Source: Isurus oxyrinchus
Lineage: Eukaryota
Length of the DNA stretch: 64,000 nucleotides
Assembly (NCBI GenBank): GCA_026770705.1
Contig: JANJGN010000016.1
Span: 121,334,001 to 121,398,000 of the forward strand
Direction of reading: 5' to 3'
The first letter of the stretch is position 1; each line of letters opens with the position of its first letter. A model generated the notes under the pieces. That model was given only the letters and a program-made list of their open reading frames with translations, ran no database searches and was not told where the DNA came from. A program made the position numbers and the translations under genes. Below are positions 25,380-39,000 of this stretch, piece after piece.

Positions 25380-26690
25380 GCCCCCAATGCCCAAAAGCAA
25401 GCCCGTTCAGGCAGGGCTATACCCAACATGGAATTCCTGACTCCTTTTGAGGAGTAAGTGCTGGCCCTGCTCGAGCCCAAGACAACCATGGACACAGGCA
25501 GTGGCGAGACTGGTGAGGTGGCAAAAGAATCAGACTGGGTGATAAGAGGAGATTGTTAGTTTGTTTTAAAGGAGGTTAAGAAATATGCAGTGTGCTTCGT
25601 GTATGGATTTTACACTTTGGAACTTTAACAAGTTACATAGTCAGAAGATTTCTGTCACCAGTCAAGCTTTCGCATTGTCTGTCGAGCTCATTCATGCATG
25701 TCAGGCCATAAAGAGGCTTGTGTGGGCCATGTGATACGTGGTGTGTCAAGCAATACGATATCCAATTACCCCCTCGCTGATCTCTCCCTGTTACAGGAGA
25801 AGCCTCTTCAGCACAGCAGAAGTCGTGCAGCAACCTCCCTCCTCCTCCTCTTCCTCGGAGAGTGCAGCATCACATCCTCTCTCCGCACCCAGCAGCATTC
25901 CAGATACTGACACTTGGGCAGGGATTTGTGCGTTGGGCAGGGGTCAAGCATGCACTTCACAATTGCACGTGCAGCTGCCGGAGAGTGTGGTGGAGTGGGC
26001 CTCTGGCAGTTGGAGGAGCGTCCGGGGTGATCCAGAGACTGATTCCGAGCACGATGATGAGCCTCTGGAGTTGTCCATAAGGTGGCAGATGCTGAATGTC
26101 CAGCGAGAGGTCAGTGAAGATTTGGCGGGTATACCAAAGGTGTTGGGTGTTCTGGTCCAGACAGTGGAGGTGTCCATCCAGGTCACAAGAGATCACCCAC
26201 TCTATGGAGTGACAAGCTTCCTCCATTGACAGACTGGCGACTGTCCTGGAGGGGAAAACTGAGTGTACTGCAGATGCAATCATCAGAATGCGTTCTGACT
26301 CGCACACCATCGCCCTGTCTCTGAGTTCCAGGGCACAGACTCAGACAGGTAGTGGAACTAGGAGTTTGGTCACACACCCAACTGCTGGAACCCCTCCAGT
26401 TGGCAGGGAGGACCAACTGGTCCTAATGGCAGGGGATGAGCAGCAGCTCATGGTATTTCTGATGCGCGCATTATCTCCTCTGTTCATCAGCCATTGATGC
26501 AGGCCTCGGCCATTGCCCTGGTGACTGAAGACTCATTTGCATTTGTGCAAGAGTCTTGGGCCACTCAAGGCCACAGGAGCATAAAGGATGCCCACTGAAG
26601 TCATCCAGGGCAAGGGAGGTGGCAGATCAGTCGCTTCTCTCCAGTGCAGCCACAAACAAAGGGGGAGCACGGTTCTGGAACACTCATAAT
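25380..26690 (+). mobile_element. Second, older Harbinger: decayed Myb/SANT accessory gene (exons 2-3)
   Basis: LTPFEE motif at ~25437, acceptor CCCTGTTACAG at ~25797, and an S/P-rich ORF (25738-26229) paralleling 33874-34771. Confidence 0.6.
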
Positions 26691-27030
26691 CATGTTACTA
26701 GATATCCACATTGGTCATGAATAGGGGCACAAGGGTGACATTTCGCTTTAATGATGTTGTTGTGCCTTGAAGGCTTGTGAATAAATACAAAACTCACATT
26801 CCCTCATGCTTATGTTCTTACCGATAGCTGTCAATATGTGACTTGTTTCTGAAAGTTGAAGTAGGAAATGGAAGGTTGAGGGAGGGCTGGAGGAATTGTG
26901 CAAACATGTGGGTAAGTGAAGAAGATTTGGATGTAAGGGCTTCAAGACTTGCTTATTCCAGCTGGGAGATGGAGGGAAAATATCACATAACCCCTGATGT
27001 TACAGTGGCTCCACCTAAACCTTTGACGTA

Positions 27031-28200
27031 TTAAGATGTCACTTGTGTCACGATCATCCCTTGATCATGGTCAGAGGCATTCGCAGCAGCATTACTGCGT
27101 TCCCTCACCTCATCCCTGCCATTGTCCTCTGAGGATTGGTCCCCTTCTGGCCTGTCTTCATCCTCCAGGGCATCTCCTCTTTGTATGGCGATGTTGTGGA
27201 GGACACAGAAGACCATAACCGTCAGGACACGTGCGGGGGAATATTACAATGCACCTCTGGAACAGTCCAGGCATTGGAAGCGCATCTTGAGGAGCCTGGT
27301 GGTTTGCTCCATTGTGCCCCTGGTGCTGGCATGACTCTCATTGTACTTCCTCTCTTCCTCAAATCTTGGCATCCTCACAGGTGTTATGAGCCATCTCTTG
27401 ATAGGAAAGCCTTCATCGCCTAGAAGTCATATCCCTCTAATGCATCTGGGCTGGTGAAAAGGTCTGAAACTTGCAAATTCCTAAGGATATATGCGTCATG
27501 ACTGCTGCCTGGGTATCTGGCAGACACCTGTATGACCAGCCATTTGTGATCACACACCAGCTGCACATTGACTGAGTGGAATCCCTTTCTGTTTATGAAT
27601 GCAGGAGTTTTGATGGCTACAAGTGTGTACTCAATGGCTGCCTGCACCCTGGGGAAACCAGCAATGGCAGCAAATTCTTGTGCTCTCTCATTCTGGCTTT
27701 GGGCATCCTGTGTGAAGGCAATGTAATCGCTGGCTCTCCAGAACGTTGCACCCGTGAATACCTTAATGCAATGGTGCGCAGCAAGCTGTGTTATCCCAGT
27801 CAGGTCTCCACAGGCTGCCTGAAAGAGCTTGTAGCGGAAAATTTCAGTACTACTGTCACCTTCAAGACAACGGGCATCTGGTGGCCTCCAAGGCAATTTG
27901 ACAAGATCTCCCCTGCAAGCATCTCATAAAATGACGTAGCAGTTGCCCTTGAAAGCCTCAGTCACTTTCTGCACAGAGTCTCACTCGGTTGCAGGTAGCT
28001 GCCTGTATACACATGATGCAGCATAATGCCGTTTGTGCCTCCAATGAGGGTTTCTATGCTCCTCCTAACCATAATGGTCTGGTGCTGCTCTGTCGCCATC
28101 CTGTGGACCCAAGCATTCTGATCCCCTATTCCTTTCACCCTTCCCCTCCTCCTATTGACCACCAACAGACACCACAATCCATATCTGCCTCCAAGAGTAT
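27031..28200 (-). mobile_element. Second Harbinger: decayed HARBI1-like DDE transposase
   Basis: [53 protein letters not shown], acidic C-tail; frameshifted. Confidence 0.88.
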
Positions 28201-28433
28201 CCACCCCTCACCCCTAGGTAAGGGACAGGGAAATATTCAATGAACGATCAAGAGAGCCCTCTGAATGAGAGGAGAGTCCTACTCAAGGGATAATATCCAA
28301 AGTTTAACTCTGCCCACTGAAAAGGGCAGTCCATGCATGCAGGGGATTTTGAACGGTAAAGATCAGAATCTGCTGTCTGCTGGAGCTGTGAACAAGGCTG
28401 CCCTCCGAAAAGCAGCTTCCGAAAAACAGCTGC

Positions 28434-28686
28434 TGTAGGATGGCCAAGTTGTATTATTAGTGATAGAGTTGATCTGCAGGCACTTCTTGGGTGGAAACAT
28501 TAAATTTATTTACAATATACTCAGCAGCAACTTTACGTGTGCTTTTAACTCCGACTGTATCTCTACACTTACTGCTGAGGTAGCCCGCGCTACTCTCCTA
28601 TTGGTTACTACAGATCATGTGGTCTTGCTCAACACGTATTATTCTTGAGGGTACATTTCACACTATATAAAACCATAATTACTACA
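28434..28686 (-). repeat. 3' LTR of the Gypsy element (distal end uncertain)
   Basis: Minus strand reads PPT AAAGGAGAAGGAG directly followed by TGTAGT at 28686; AATAAA on the minus strand at ~28505-28510. Confidence 0.6.
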
Positions 28687-31005
28687 CTCCTTCTCCTTTA
28701 ACTCTGCTACACATATTGTATTTACGAGGACATATTTTTCAAGACAGCATAATATTTACACTGGGTAAGGAATTTACAAGTTCAGACTTTCAGGTGGTTT
28801 CCTGGTCCATGTGGAATGTCGCAGCTCCACAACTTCAGATTCTTTGTCAGGATCCTCCTTTTCCAGAGTTGCCTGAACATCAGCTGCTTCGGTGAGCACT
28901 TGCAGTTCTGTATCCTCAACTCTTACAGAAACATCGGACAATCGGACATGTCTGTCCTGGGTTGAGTATCCTCAACAGGAAACCCAGACCTGGTCATGGT
29001 CACTGGTAGAACCAAATCTTGGTGATTTGTCTCTCCCTTCCTTAAATGGCCCACATGTTTATGGATGATCCAGCCTTCCACCTCCATGTGGTAAGATACA
29101 GGTCCAGTCACCATACTTATTTCACCCACTTTGGTCCTTCCCTGAAATTTTTTATGTATACTGGCTCTCCCTTGATAAATTTCCTCTCACAGCTATGCCA
29201 GTCGTATCAAGTTTTCTGGTTTCCCTGACTCCTTTCCACCTTCCCCTCTAAATTCCGCATTATTAAGCTCTCTCTTGTCCTGAGCCGATGTTTCAACAAT
29301 AACTCCACAGGTGTGACACCTGTTGTTGTGTGAAGGGTAGTTCTGTAATGAAAAAGAAAACGTGTTAGCTTGGTCGCCAAGGAATTGCCAGTCAACTTTA
29401 TCATGCCTGCTTTGAATACTTGAACCGCCCTTTTGGCCGGACTGTTTGATGAAAGGTGGCACAGTGCAGTTTTCACATGAGTGATACTGTTGAGGCTGAT
29501 AAACTGTTGAAACTCAGCGCTCGTAAATGCCGTGCCATTATCGGAAACGACTACTTCTGGTAGTCCATGAATGGCAAAACTCTGAGGTAGTTTCCCAATT
29601 GTAGCAGCCGACATTGGTTACTTGACCTCATATATGTCCAACCATTTTGAGTGGGCATTGAGAATGAGCAGAAACATTGTTCCCAGGAAAGGTCCAACGT
29701 AGTCAATGTGTAACCACACCCAGGGTCTACCCAGCCACACCCATGGGTGTAATGGAGCTGTCACTGGCAACTTCTGCAGCTGCTGACATTACACACAGTG
29801 CTTTACTAAACTCTCTCTTTCACCATCCATCCCAGGCCACCATAGATAGCTGCGTGCTATGGTCTTCAATCAGGAAATTCCTCGATGGGCACTGTGTAGT
29901 TCAATTAAAAATGGCTCCCTTCCCTTTGGAGGAACTATCACTCTTGCTCCCCACAATAGGATACCATCCTGGCTGGCTATTTCGTGACTTCTGTTGAAGT
30001 ACAGTTTCATTTATTCAAATAAGGACTCCTTTAGCACTTGTTCTCATACCTGAAGACTGGGTCCTGACATATCCATTCTCTGATCAGTCGAGCACATACT
30101 GGTGAGAAATCTAAGAAATTTAACAGTAAAACAAGTCCCTGTGGAGCTGGGACATGCTCATCATTTTCTTGTAAAGGCAAACGGCTAAGGTTGTCGGCGT
30201 TTGCGATTTGATTGCAAGGCTTATGTACGAAAGTATTCATATGCTGCCAGAATTAAGGCCCGTTGTTGTATCCTTGCTGAGGCTATGGGTAATATAGCCT
30301 TAACCTCACTAAACAATCCTATCAATGGTTTGTGGTCTGTGAAATGATTGTAAAATGGTGGCCGTGTATGTACTGGTGAAATTTCTTGACACCAAAGATG
30401 ATGGACAGGCCTTTTTTTCTATCTGTGAGTATCCCTTTTCCCCTGTGGTGAGCATTCGTGATACACAACCTATTGGCCGTTCTGTGCCATTGTCCATCCG
30501 ATGAGAGAGCACTGCTCCCACTCCGTAGGGAGATGCATCACATGTCAGCACCAATTCTTTCATCTGGTCATAATGCGCTAATAGATTGGACGACTGTAGC
30601 AATTACTTCATCCTTATGAAAGCTTCTTTCTGAGACAACTACCAACATCAATGTTTTTCGTTTTGAGTAGAGAATGCAGGAGTGCCAGCACTGTAGACAA
30701 TTTGGGTAATAGTCCATAATAGTTCATCATTCCAAGGAATGATTCGAGTTCTGAAGTGTCCTTTGGTGCAGGTGCCTCTCATAGCTCTCACCTTCTCCTC
30801 AGCTGGGTGGAGGCCCTGTGAATCTACCCAGTGACCCAAATCGATTACCTCCCTCTCTTGGAACATGCAGTTTTCTTTTTTTAAGAGCACTTCAGATTTT
30901 TCTAAGATTGCCAAATGCTCTGTCACCAGTACAACCTGGGCCAGCCCCTGCAGTGAGCTTTCCATTGTTCTCTGAAAGACGGCACAAGCAGATGTTATGA
31001 TCAAA
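28687..31005 (-). mobile_element. Ty3/Gypsy pol remnant (partial RT, RNase H, integrase)
   Basis: SACAVFQRTME (RT); [16 protein letters not shown]...YSQIEK (RNase H); HGLPEVVVSDNGTAF (integrase); GPVSY tail; order RT-RH-IN. Confidence 0.92.
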
Positions 31006-31899
31006 GCAGTTGGTAAAGCTGAGTTATTTAAAAAACCCCAATTGACTCATTTGGCATTTAGATTAACATTTAAATAACCCAGTGAGTTCCTGACTTTATG
31101 ATCAGCCTGCATACAGAGTGATTGTAAACCACCATGATTGTGTTGTGTGCAGTGTCCGACACCATCACATCTCATCAAGCACTCCGCGAGGTGGGACACG
31201 CTCCCAATCACAGAGCAAATTACTCAGCCCAATAGCTCAGAATTTGCTGATAAGGCAATGGAGAGTTTATTGTGCGTATTGTTACGAGTGTGCTTAAAAA
31301 CCTCTCAGCAATTTGTGGTGAGGCATTAGCCTCGCAAAACAGGACCTGTTCATCAACCTTGTCGTGAGTTTAAAGAAATTGCTGCATTAAACTCACTGCA
31401 GAAAGTTAAGGCTGATATTTCAGTGCGCAAGGACCCTTTTAACAGCGAACTTTACATCCCTTCAATGCCACTCAACCTCTCCAGCCTTGAAAGAAAACAT
31501 TTGAAAGTGCAGATGATAAATTGCTCCCAAAGGTTTTTAAAATCTTAAACATTTTATTACTTTTCCTTTCTGTCACTTTTTTCTCACCCTTAATCCACTC
31601 TCACTTTCCCCCTTTTTATTTCTCTTTCTGTATTGAATTTGACTCTAACTCACCTTATTCATTGATTAAGGAGATAGACCGTTGGGGCAGAATTTGCCCT
31701 TGACGGGCTGGCAGGCCTGACTGACTTGGCGCTGCATTTTGCGCGGGTGGGCCAATTAAGACCTGCCCAGCGGGTAAGTGGCTCCTGTGTACAACAGGAA
31801 AATCATTGTAGCGGCGGGCGTGTTGAGACTGCTGGTTCCAATGGGGAACCGGCAGTCTGTACAAAGAGTGGCCAGGCAGCCTGCTTTAGGCTGTTCACC

Positions 31900-34771
31900 A
31901 TGGCCACTGACAGAGAGCGACATGCTGCTTTCAGGGCACAGGAGGAGGAGGAGGAGGAGGGGGGCAGGCTGCAGGATAGGCCAGCGGGGGGCCACTGTGC
32001 CCCTCGCTTCTCAGATGCCTGCCTTGCTGTCCTCCTCGAAGAGGTGTCCAACAGTCGGGATATTTTGTATCCAGAGGATGGGAGGAGTAGGGCCCCCCAT
32101 GTCTCCAGGCAGGTGTGGCAGGAGGTGGCGGAAGCAGTATGTGCTCATGATGATGTGCAGCGCACAGGAACCCAGTGCCGCAAGCGATTCAATGGTTTGT
32201 TGTGCCCTGGACGGGAGAGTACCATGTCAGCCTTGGCCATTTGACCCAGAAGGTAGTCTTAGCCTTTGAGCACCGCCCACCACCCCCCCCCCTCCCCCCC
32301 TCCATATCTTAGTGTCGTTACTGTACTGGGCATTTGGTGCACACTGGGTGGGCAAACAGACAGTGACCATGCTTACACCAGCCTTAGTGGTTGAGGAGAA
32401 GATGGGTTCTCCCTGCAGCATATGTTGCTGTTTGTCACATTTGAGTAGTCTGGGGACAACCTGCAGGGGAGACAGCTCGACACATACTCAGAACCCCAAC
32501 ACATGTCTTATTGATGGTGATGAGATGATAGAGGGGGAGCCTCAAGGAGTCGTGGCCAAGAGCCGTCTGCTGGTCTTGGCACCACACCTGGTTGTGCCTC
32601 CTTGCCATGGGCGGTAAGAGCCGTGTGTTATTCAAAGTGATGGACGCCGAATGTGTCTAAGGTGTCCATTGGGGGAGGGCACTGGGAGCAGCCGTACTAT
32701 CTTCTGGGGACTGAGCACCAGTGGTGTTGACAGGAGCCGCTGGAGGCCTCAGATGGGCCACTGTGGTTGGGGTGCAGCGTGCGTGTGCAGAGTACATGAG
32801 CGATCAGCCCCAATGAATCCTCTTCTCTGTTCTGCAGGCAAAAAGTCACCACAATGTCCAGGAGCACCAGAGGACTGGTGGTGGGCACGCCATGCTCCAG
32901 CACCTCACCACTTATGAGGAGCAGGCCATGGAGCTGGTGAGGAGACAGGCGACCAGGTCGGCAGGTGTCAGCGAGGCTGGGGCCCAGCGGTCAGGTATTT
33001 GAGGGCCACAGTCCCATCCACTCCATCTCCCCACCAACCAAAGCACTGATGGTTGCTGCAATTGTTAATGCTGCAACACTGCTCATTCACAGACTGATAC
33101 AGTCAGACATGTGGGTCATACACAAAGGTCCCTCAGCGAATTGAGGATTCATGTCTCCACCACCTTCCAAAGTCGCCCTAACCCATTTGTGACCACTATC
33201 CCCGTGGTCTAACATGCCAGGGCGTCGCTGCTGCACATCCAAAGACTTATTGCATCTTAGGAGAGTTTGTACCTCCACCACCCTTTCAGCCAGTGCGTCC
33301 CACATTACTCTGTCCAAAAGGTCCTCAGCACCTCACCTGTCAACCTCATGGCACTCAACTTAAATAAATACCACCACATTAGTCATCTCTGTGCCAAGGG
33401 GAAATGTTGCTTTCTGCCCACCCGGTCTGTGCCCCTCATAACGGTATGAAGGTCAATAATGTGACCTGTCAATCTCCTGTGATCCACGGCAAATGTCACA
33501 AGTGTCTGCAATGTTTCGTCATCACTCCAACTCTCCAGACCAGCATGCATCCAGGTCAGGAACCTCTGCACTCTCCCCACTCCAATGCCACATAACATTC
33601 CATGTGGTATTCCTTTGGCCATCTAACCAGCCTGTCTGTATGAGCTTCTAATGTTTGGGCCTCCTCTTGACTATTTTCCACCCCACCAATGTTCGTCTCC
33701 TTAGGGTCTTGAAGGGTGAGCGCATTATGAGGCTGGGGGGGGAAAGGGATGAAAGGTGTTACTGACTGAACACTAACTGATCCACTGTCCTTGTTGTTAA
33801 TTTCAGCATCACCACCACATGGCCACAGCCAACAAGTCCGGAGCAACCCCCCTTCACACCTGAGGGACAAGACTTGCAACTTGCGTCACATCATTTCAGT
33901 GAGCCAGTCACCAGCGCAGCGACAAACACTTTGGTGGGGATTATGACGTCGGCTAGTGTCCTGGGGCACAGTGGAGAGGGCACTTCACAATCACTGGAGG
34001 AGATGGCACGGACAGAGAGTCCTGATGGTGCCAGCGGCCGGAGGACTGCAGGGGACCAGGCACATGCTGAGTCCGGCACTGATGATGTGCCTCTGGAGAT
34101 GTCAGCCATGCAGCATCTGCAGGACATGCGGCAGGGTGGGTGGGAACATCTGGCAGGGTTGCATGTGGGTGTGCTTCACTTGGTCTCTGTGGTGGAGGAA
34201 TCCAGGCAGAGTGTCAGTGATGGCATGAACCTCAGGACAGGACTTCAGGCTTCCTCCACTGAGAGATTGGCGACTCTCATGGAGAGGGGCTTCCAGCAGA
34301 TTGATAATCATCTGTTTGGATTACACTCTGACCTGCATCCCTCACAGCGCTAATAGCCACAGGTGGTCATTCCCAATGTGGGAGATGTTCTGGGCACCAA
34401 GTGTCCCAGCTCAGTGCCCATCCCTCTGCAGTGAGCAGGGAGATCCAATGTGACCTCACGTCGGTGCAGCAGCTGCCTATCGTCTCTGCAGACTCCTCTC
34501 AGGGTGCTCTGGATGAGGGCAGCAGCTCCTCCGCCCCTCTGCCAGTCAACGTTGCATCGATTGAGACTGCGACAACTGGGGAGATGCCAGAACTGGAACT
34601 GGCCACTCCCTCCCAGGCGGGGCCAGCACAGGCTCCATGGGCCAGAGGACACCCACCAAGGTCATCGAGGCCAACAGGACAGCAGAGTCAGCAGCTGTCT
34701 CATAAGCCACTCCCAGCAATGAGGCAGCACCTAGACACAGCACCCGCAAACGTAAGCATAAGGCACGTTAG
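31900..34771 (+). pseudogene. Harbinger Myb/SANT-like (NAIF1/MSANTD-type) DNA-binding gene, 3 exons (31900-32214, 32838-32994, 33807-34771), disrupted
   Basis: PRFSD..LLEEV...WQEVAEAV...RTGTQCRKRFN; exon 2 RTGGG...LTTYEE; basic tail RKRKHKAR*; AATAAA at 34872. First donor reads GAGAGT and exon 3 is frameshifted. Confidence 0.85.
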
Positions 34772-35019
34772 GCACTCCCCGGGTATGTCACTGGTGCTTT
34801 TGTGCTGGCCCTAGATTAGGGAAAAAGTAGTTCTGTATGTCTGAGCGACGTTTGTGTTTGATGTTGGACTGAATAAAGTCCACTTTTCTGATCATGGCTG
34901 AGTGAGTCTCCTTTGTGCTGCATTTGTATGTTTCACAGACATATCGTGAGTGTTTGAGTGGACATTGATGTTTCTGTACTAAGCCCTTAGTTGCAGCTGA
35001 TGAGGTGGAAGATGTGACA

Positions 35020-36330
35020 CTAAGCACCATTAATGGAAGTGCCAGGCAATGCTGCTCCTGCTGATCCATGTGTGTGGAGCTGGCTGAAGGTTCGTTGGAT
35101 TAAAGTGTCCCGGGTGTCCCTGCCTCCTTGGTGTAGTAGCGGGTCAGTGTACTGCCCCTCATCATCGCCCTGTGCTTCCTCATCCTCTGAGCCACTGCTG
35201 GATTCATCATGTGCAGCCTCATCCAGTGCGTCAAGATCTTCATCATCAACTGCATCCCCCCCCTTTCCAGCGCAAGATTGTGCAGGGTGCAGCATGCTAC
35301 CACTATCACAGAGAGGCGATTTGGGGGGTACTGGAATGCACCCCCAAGCATTCCAGGCATCAGAAGTGCATCTTGAGAAGACCGATGGCTCTCTCCACCA
35401 CAGCCCTTGTGGTGCCGTGGCTCCTATTGTACCGCTGCTCAGCTTCTGTTCTTGGATGGTGGAGAGGCGTCATGAGCCACCTTCTGAGGGGATAGACCTT
35501 GTCACCCAGCAGCCATCCATCCAGCCGGGCTGGAGCACTGAAGAGCCCCGGCACCTGGGAGTGTCTGAGGATGTAGACGTCGTGGGAGCTGCCTGGGTAC
35601 CTTGCACAGACTTGTAGAATCAGCATCCTGTGGTCACACACTATCTGCACGTTCACGGAGTGGAAGCCCTTCCTGTTGACGAAGGCACCGTCTCACCTGC
35701 TGGCGCCTTGATGGCCACATGTGTACAGTCTATAGCACCCTGGACACGGGGGAAGCCAGCAATGGCCGTGAAGCCTCTGGCTCGCTGTGACTGACTGGCC
35801 TGGTCCCAGCGGAAGTGGATGAAGGTCAATGCCCGTCTGAACAGAGTGTCTGTGACCTGCTTGACACAAGTGTGGACAGCTGATTGGGAGACACCGCAAA
35901 GATCACCCACCGACCCCTGGAAGGAGCCAGAGGCATAGAAGTTGAGGGCAACTGTGAGCTTCAGAGCTGCTGGCATGGGGTGTCCACCCACACAGTTAGG
36001 GGAGATCTCAGGGCCAATCATCTGACAGATGTAGTTGACTGTCTCCCTTAACAGTCAGAGCCTCCTTCACTGCATCTGAGTCATATTGAGGTAGCTGCTT
36101 CACCGCCTGTAAACCCTGGCAGCAGGATAGTGGCGTCTTCTGTGGCCCCTTCCACCTTGGACAACCTCTTGGCCTGCGGCCCTTATGCCTGCACCTGGCC
36201 TCCCAAAGGTGGCTCCCCTGGAGGCTGATTGTCCACTCCTGGCCTCCTCCTTATTCTATCCCTCCCTTCCTCCTCAGGGGAGCTGCCTCCAGTGGAGAGG
36301 TCAGAACCCACACCCCCAGGCTAAATGGAG
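35020..36330 (-). pseudogene. Harbinger (HARBI1-like) DDE transposase, frameshifted
   Basis: [55 protein letters not shown] split over three ORFs (35653-36021, 35360-35656, 35100-35360). Start position approximate. Confidence 0.93.
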
Positions 36331-38489
36331 GCTTCTGGAAAGCTGCAGGCCTGATAAAGATTACTGACTGCAGAGAGCTGAGCTGAGGCTTCAAAGTACA
36401 GAGAAAGCTATTGGAAATCGATCTGAACTGGTAACAATCACACAGGCAAGTTTAAAACTCTTTCTGCTTTAAATACTTCAGGAGAAACATGAACAACCCC
36501 TCTGAGCCCACATATCCCGCCCGTGGATGAGGTTTGTTAAAAAATCACTTACCCGCCTGCCTGTTGGGCCTGTGCGCTGAGCTGAAGTTTGCACGGGCCC
36601 CTCAAAATCCTTGTCGATTGGCGGCTTAATGGTCTTAAGAAGGCCTTTAATTAATGGTGGTTGTGCGTCATGCTGCATAGCGCACGCGCCGACCTAAATA
36701 TCGCGATGCCGTGCGCTGATGTCGGGACATTTGAAGCGCTGGTGTGTGTGCTGTGCCACTCGCACGTCAGCCGGAAAATTCTGCCCTTGGTCCTGACTTT
36801 CACCAAGGTCTCAGATGCCCTATTAAAAACTCACACTTGCAACAATTTGTGGCATAAATAATTTTCTAGCTGAGTGGTGAAGGAAAAGCCAAACATAGTA
36901 GCAAGATACCTTGCTGCTGCAAATTCTGGCTTAATATTGACTAATCCTTTCTCAAACTTTTTTTAATGTCTGAATACAAAGCTTCCTCGATAATGTTAAA
37001 TAATATTTCTGTTTGCATGGCCACTTCTTGAACTGAGTCCAACCTGTAACCTTGTTCTTTTGCTTAGTACCTGAAAAATAACAAATCAGACCCAATTCAG
37101 TTAAACTCATAACAAACATTTGAAAGATTATCATGGGCAATTTTAAAATAACCATTTAGGGAAAATGTATCTCCAGATTTCAAACTCTGCTTACACACTG
37201 TCTGCCATTGTTTATTGAAGTTGTGGCTGATTCTCAAATGTTTAAACATTCATAGGAATGACGTACAAAATGAATCCAAAATAGAGATTCAGATTTATTC
37301 AAGAAAAGCTCATTGAACCAATATATACAAAGCAAATTACCAAAGTATATCCCTTTACCACATGGAAAAACTAAGCCTTCTTATCAATGTGAGGTATTGT
37401 CATCGGTTACAAGATGGCCTTGAGAGTGAGCATATTTCATGTTTAGCCCAAGTGCTTGAGTTTTGGTCCCCCTCATTCTCACTATTTCTCAATATGATTT
37501 ACTTTGCTCTATCTATTTGTGCTTCTTTGTGAATTTTGTGTGCAGAAAATAAGGAAGGAGATGCGCGAGAGAAAAGTGCCTTCTTTTATTCTGAATATTA
37601 AGATAATGTGTTATCAAAGTGAATTCCATACATATCTGCATTGATCACTCTTGTCTGGCCAAGTCATGTATCAGTGATGAGTGTTTGGATGGTGGGAACT
37701 GGTGGTTTCAGAAGGTGGAATATTTCAGGTCAATTCTTTCTCTGCACTTCCATAGAACACATGCTTCTCTCCCAGTTATTCCACTAGGGAATAATAACAA
37801 CCTACAATGGATCCAAACAGTGTGCTGTCTTTACAGGCATCAAGAGAGAGAAAACAGGAATGGAGAAGAAAACAAGCAGCTGACTAGATTCCAGCTCCTT
37901 GATCAGCAAATCATCTCCTCCTATAACCAATGCACATAGAATGAACCAGGACTGTTAACACTTCTAAACAGACGCAGACACAGCCCAAGTGCACTCAACA
38001 TGACTGCTGTGGTATTACCAAATGCTAGCTCTATTTTCCTAACACAGAAAACCGTCCAGGATGAGTGTGGAGAGTGGAAGTGGCGGGGACTTTAGTGTAG
38101 ATATACGTATACACCAGACTAAGGATTGGTTACTTTTTAGTGAATGTTGCTTCTAAATGTGAAAAGGAAGTCAGAGCAAATTGGCCAATCTGATTTTCCT
38201 TGATATTGCATTGATACTTCAGATTAATTTACCACACCTCCCAGTCTCCAGATCCTGGGAGAACAGATGTATGACAGAAGGAAATGTCAGGATCCTGTGG
38301 AAGTCCTGATGCATGGAGCGAAGTGGGAATTTCCTGGGAAGTTTAAACTTCCAATGGGCAATTTCCCTGCTCCCCAGAACTCTGCATGAATGACCCTCAC
38401 TCTGAGACTTCAGGCAGTTCTGTGTTACTTATGTGGGTAGTTACCCAGGAAATGTTAGACAGATTAAAACCTAGACAATGCCTTTAACT

Positions 38490-39000
38490 CCACAACTGAT
38501 CTCCCCAAGCAGCCTCTACCCGACAATCACCCACCCTGACCCCCTGACGATCCACCCAACCACCCGGCTATCCCCCTCAGCCACCCCATCCCCCCCAATC
38601 CCCCCGTCTACCTCCTGATCACCTTGACTACCCCCACCAATTGGACCCAACTACCCCTCCAACCCAACTTGACTCGATTACTCCCTGATCCAACCCGACT
38701 ATCCCCGGACCGCCTGACTACCCCATTACCCAAATGCCCATTCACCCACCTCACCCAGCTCACCCCCCTGCCCACTCAGCCACCTACCCCCCTCACCACA
38801 GCACCCACCTACCCATATCCACTCACCCACCTACACATCTCACCCACCGACCAACTCACCCAATTACCCACCTACCTACTCATCCACCTATTTCCTCATC
38901 CACCTACCCACTCACCACCTCGCCACCTCAGCCACTTACCCACTCACCCATCTACCCAGCTCACCAACCTAACCCACCTACCCATTCATCCACTCAACCA
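38490..39000. repeat. C/A-rich low-complexity tract ((CACC)n/(CCCA)n-like)
   Basis: Dense short C-runs such as CACCCACC and CTCACCCA; G-rich on the minus strand. Confidence 0.85.

Larger units (their letters stand above)
31685..36786. mobile_element. Full-length PIF/Harbinger DNA transposon (5.1 kb), two convergent genes, TSD TTG
   Basis: TTG|GGGCAGAATTT...AAATTCTGCCC|TTG; Myb/SANT gene on + strand, DDE transposase on - strand. Confidence 0.95.
31235..36931. mobile_element. Old MITE-like host element (31235-31684 plus 36790-36931) split by the Harbinger
   Basis: Ends GCTCAGAATTTGC / GCAAATTCTGGC; joined halves align with 4310-4745. Confidence 0.55.

Noticed and set aside
35033-35617. 194-aa Ser-rich plus-strand ORF
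   Set aside because: Antisense shadow of the transposase's acidic C-terminus.
35020-36330. Domesticated host HARBI1/NAIF1 genes
   Set aside because: Enclosed by TIRs and a TSD and frameshifted, so a transposon copy.
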